This document shows, piece by piece, positions 62,295 through 64,000 of a stretch of DNA of 64,000 bases (the first letter of the stretch is position 1; every line of letters begins with the position of its first letter). Location of the stretch: positions 27,135-91,134 of the forward strand of contig JAGDZK010000015.1 of the NCBI GenBank assembly GCA_049115935.1. Reading direction: 5' to 3'. The position numbers and the translations under genes were made by a program. The stretch comes from Bermanella sp. (GTDB lineage: Bacteria; Pseudomonadota; Gammaproteobacteria; Pseudomonadales; Oceanobacteraceae). The notes below the pieces were generated by a model, which saw nothing but the letters and a program-made list of their open reading frames with translations, did not search any database and was not told the DNA's origin.

Positions 62295-62310
62295 ATTCTT
62301 ACCTAAAACG

Positions 62311-62510
62311 TTTTTGATTTAGACTCCCGATCACGGACTACGTCCTACTGGAGTGACGAGGCTGTTAATCTCAAACACAACCACTAGCCACAACGTCTTT
62401 CCCTCGAACGAGGGAATCCAATCCAAACCTGCGATCATTCTAAATATTCATTACCTGCAACATTTTTGATTTGGACTCCCGATCACATCATAAGTCCTAC
62501 GGGAATGACG
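62311..62510. repeat. Three CGTC-type palindromic repeats
   Basis: ...AGACTCCCGATC...GGAGTGACG (62311-62358), CGTCTTTCCCTCGAACGAGGGAATCCA (62394-62420), ...GGACTCCCGATC...GGGAATGACG (62463-62510). Confidence 0.65.
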
Positions 62511-62560
62511 ATGCGAAGTAATACTAGCCATAGCTACAACCCAAACCGCCATCTTCAACC

Positions 62561-62599
62561 AAAAAAAACACCCTAAGCGCAGTGCACTTAAGGTGTTTT
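62561..62599 (-). terminator. Intrinsic terminator of the alkaline phosphatase gene
   Basis: AAAACACC..TAAG / CTTA..GGTGTTTT stem with an 8-T run on the minus strand. Confidence 0.7.
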
Positions 62600-62655
62600 A
62601 AATAACCAACAACCCTTAGTCATTTAAGCGCTGTTAAAATTGAAACTAATAAAAG

Positions 62656-64000
62656 TTACTCAACAATCAAGGCATCAATTAGCTTTTGGCCAATATTAGT
62701 ATGGTGTTGCATAGTTGAAAATTGATTAGCAATAGCTTCAGGGCCAAACGCATACACAGGTACTGGTGAAGCAGTATGAGAACCGTTACTCCACGCCACA
62801 CTTTGTTCTGCGCCAATGGCACGACTGATTAGTGCACCATGGTCTTCACCTGGATACACATAAAAATCGCTGTAATCATTAATTAACGGCAGCTCTGCCA
62901 CATCTAAATATTTATGACCTGCAATTTGATTCTCGTTCATGGTACGCGCAGCAATGTGTTCTGCTTCTTCATCGGACACATGGAAATCAGCGTGTATGTT
63001 AGCATTCACAGCCGCTTTCCATTCAGCTGGGCTTGAAGCTGAGAAATCCCAATCCCCTTCAACATCACTAAAAATATCGTAGTAAGATTTTTTCTGTGCA
63101 AAAATTTTATCCAGTGTATCTAATGATCCAAAATTAAAGTTAGGTTTATATTCTTTACCATTCATGCCGTCACCTGAAAGCTGCTTAGCTTCTGGGATGT
63201 CATGTTTGTGATAAGCAAAACCAAAACCACCGGTTTCGTGGTCAGCGGTAATGACCACTAGCGTATCTTCACGCTCTTTTACCCATTCGTAAACGGCGGC
63301 TACCGCTTCGTCAAACTTCAGCATTTCATGCAACAACCAACCTGTATCGTTTACATGACCCGCCCAATCAATTTGTCCCCCTTCAATCATCAAGAAAAAG
63401 CCATCGTCATCCTTTGATAAAATATCCAACGCTTTCATAGTCATCTCTTTTAGCGATGGCTCATCCGCACACTTATCACTTACAGTACCGTTTTTACAAT
63501 TTGTGTATTCGATACCATCATTCATGGCTGAATCATCAAACAAACCCAACAACTTAGTGCCGCTGGCTTGCGCTAGTTGAGCCTTGGTAAATGCCAAGCC
63601 GTAACCAGCCGTTTGTGCTTCTTTAATTAAATTGCGGTCATCGCTACGTTTTGATTTTTTAATCACATGAGTAGGTGCATTTAACTCAGCAGCCATAGCG
63701 GCAAAGTCACCTGCTGGCACCCAGTGACGGGAACCACCACCTAACATGACATCCACACCAACCGTTAATAAATCTTCTGCTATTTCGTTTTCATACGAAC
63801 GATGAGGCTGATGTGCAGCAAACGCAGCCGGTGTGGCATGGGTTAAGCGGGTATCAGAAATCAAACCCGTGGCTTTACCCATGGCTTTGGCTTTTTCTAA
63901 AATGGTTTGTACTTTATTGCCGTTATCATCAAGACCCACCGCCTCAGAAATAGAACCTTTACCCGTTGCAAGTTGTGATGCTGAACACGCAGAGTCAACC
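62656..64000 (-). CDS. phoA: Alkaline phosphatase (Vibrio-type), 5' end beyond window end
   Basis: The reading frame extends past 63939 and gives VDSACSASQLATG (active-site Ser); THATPAAF, FFLMIEGGQIDWAGH, TADHETGG, SHT motifs. Confidence 0.92.
   Translation of the reverse strand, partial: VDSACSASQLATGKGSISEAVGLDDNGNKVQTILEKAKAMGKATGLISDTRLTHATPAAFAAHQPHRSYENEIAEDLLTVGVDVMLGGGSRHWVPAGDFAAMAAELNAPTHVIKKSKRSDDRNLIKEAQTAGYGLAFTKAQLAQASGTKLLGLFDDSAMNDGIEYTNCKNGTVSDKCADEPSLKEMTMKALDILSKDDDGFFLMIEGGQIDWAGHVNDTGWLLHEMLKFDEAVAAVYEWVKEREDTLVVITADHETGGFGFAYHKHDIPEAKQLSGDGMNGKEYKPNFNFGSLDTLDKIFAQKKSYYDIFSDVEGDWDFSASSPAEWKAAVNANIHADFHVSDEEAEHIAARTMNENQIAGHKYLDVAELPLINDYSDFYVYPGEDHGALISRAIGAEQSVAWSNGSHTASPVPVYAFGPEAIANQFSTMQHHTNIGQKLIDALIVE

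Overview
A 64-kb chromosomal window from an AT-leaning marine gammaproteobacterium; gene content and synteny suggest Oceanospirillales (inference). It is mostly core genome: trpS-yciO-PHP/yciI, ppiA, mnmC, GntR-smc-zipA-ligA, hsp20, acs, tesB/trmA, nrtABD, dapC-yffB-dapD, fabR, trmJ-dapE-rlmA, SPFH/NfeD and a partial alkaline phosphatase. Accessory modules are an RND efflux pair, a PepSY-RR-HK-Bor-Bor operon, a TonB-dependent receptor, a cytochrome c / Tat-flavoprotein / Tat-PLP enzyme operon in the order of Pseudomonas sphBCD, and an uncharacterised membrane coiled-coil + vWA lipoprotein pair. I found no tRNA, rRNA, transposase, integrase, phage or CRISPR-cas sequence. Intergenic regions carry several GTAG-type REP/BIME elements, including a 97-bp tandem array, and CGTC-type palindromes. 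The most interesting observations are the sphBCD-like operon, two histidine kinases lacking the phospho-acceptor His, a ~200-nt candidate structured RNA at 38.4-38.6 kb, the membrane/vWA module, and a clamp-binding-like QPSLF motif on the LigA N-terminal extension. All family assignments come from motif recognition; no database search was run.
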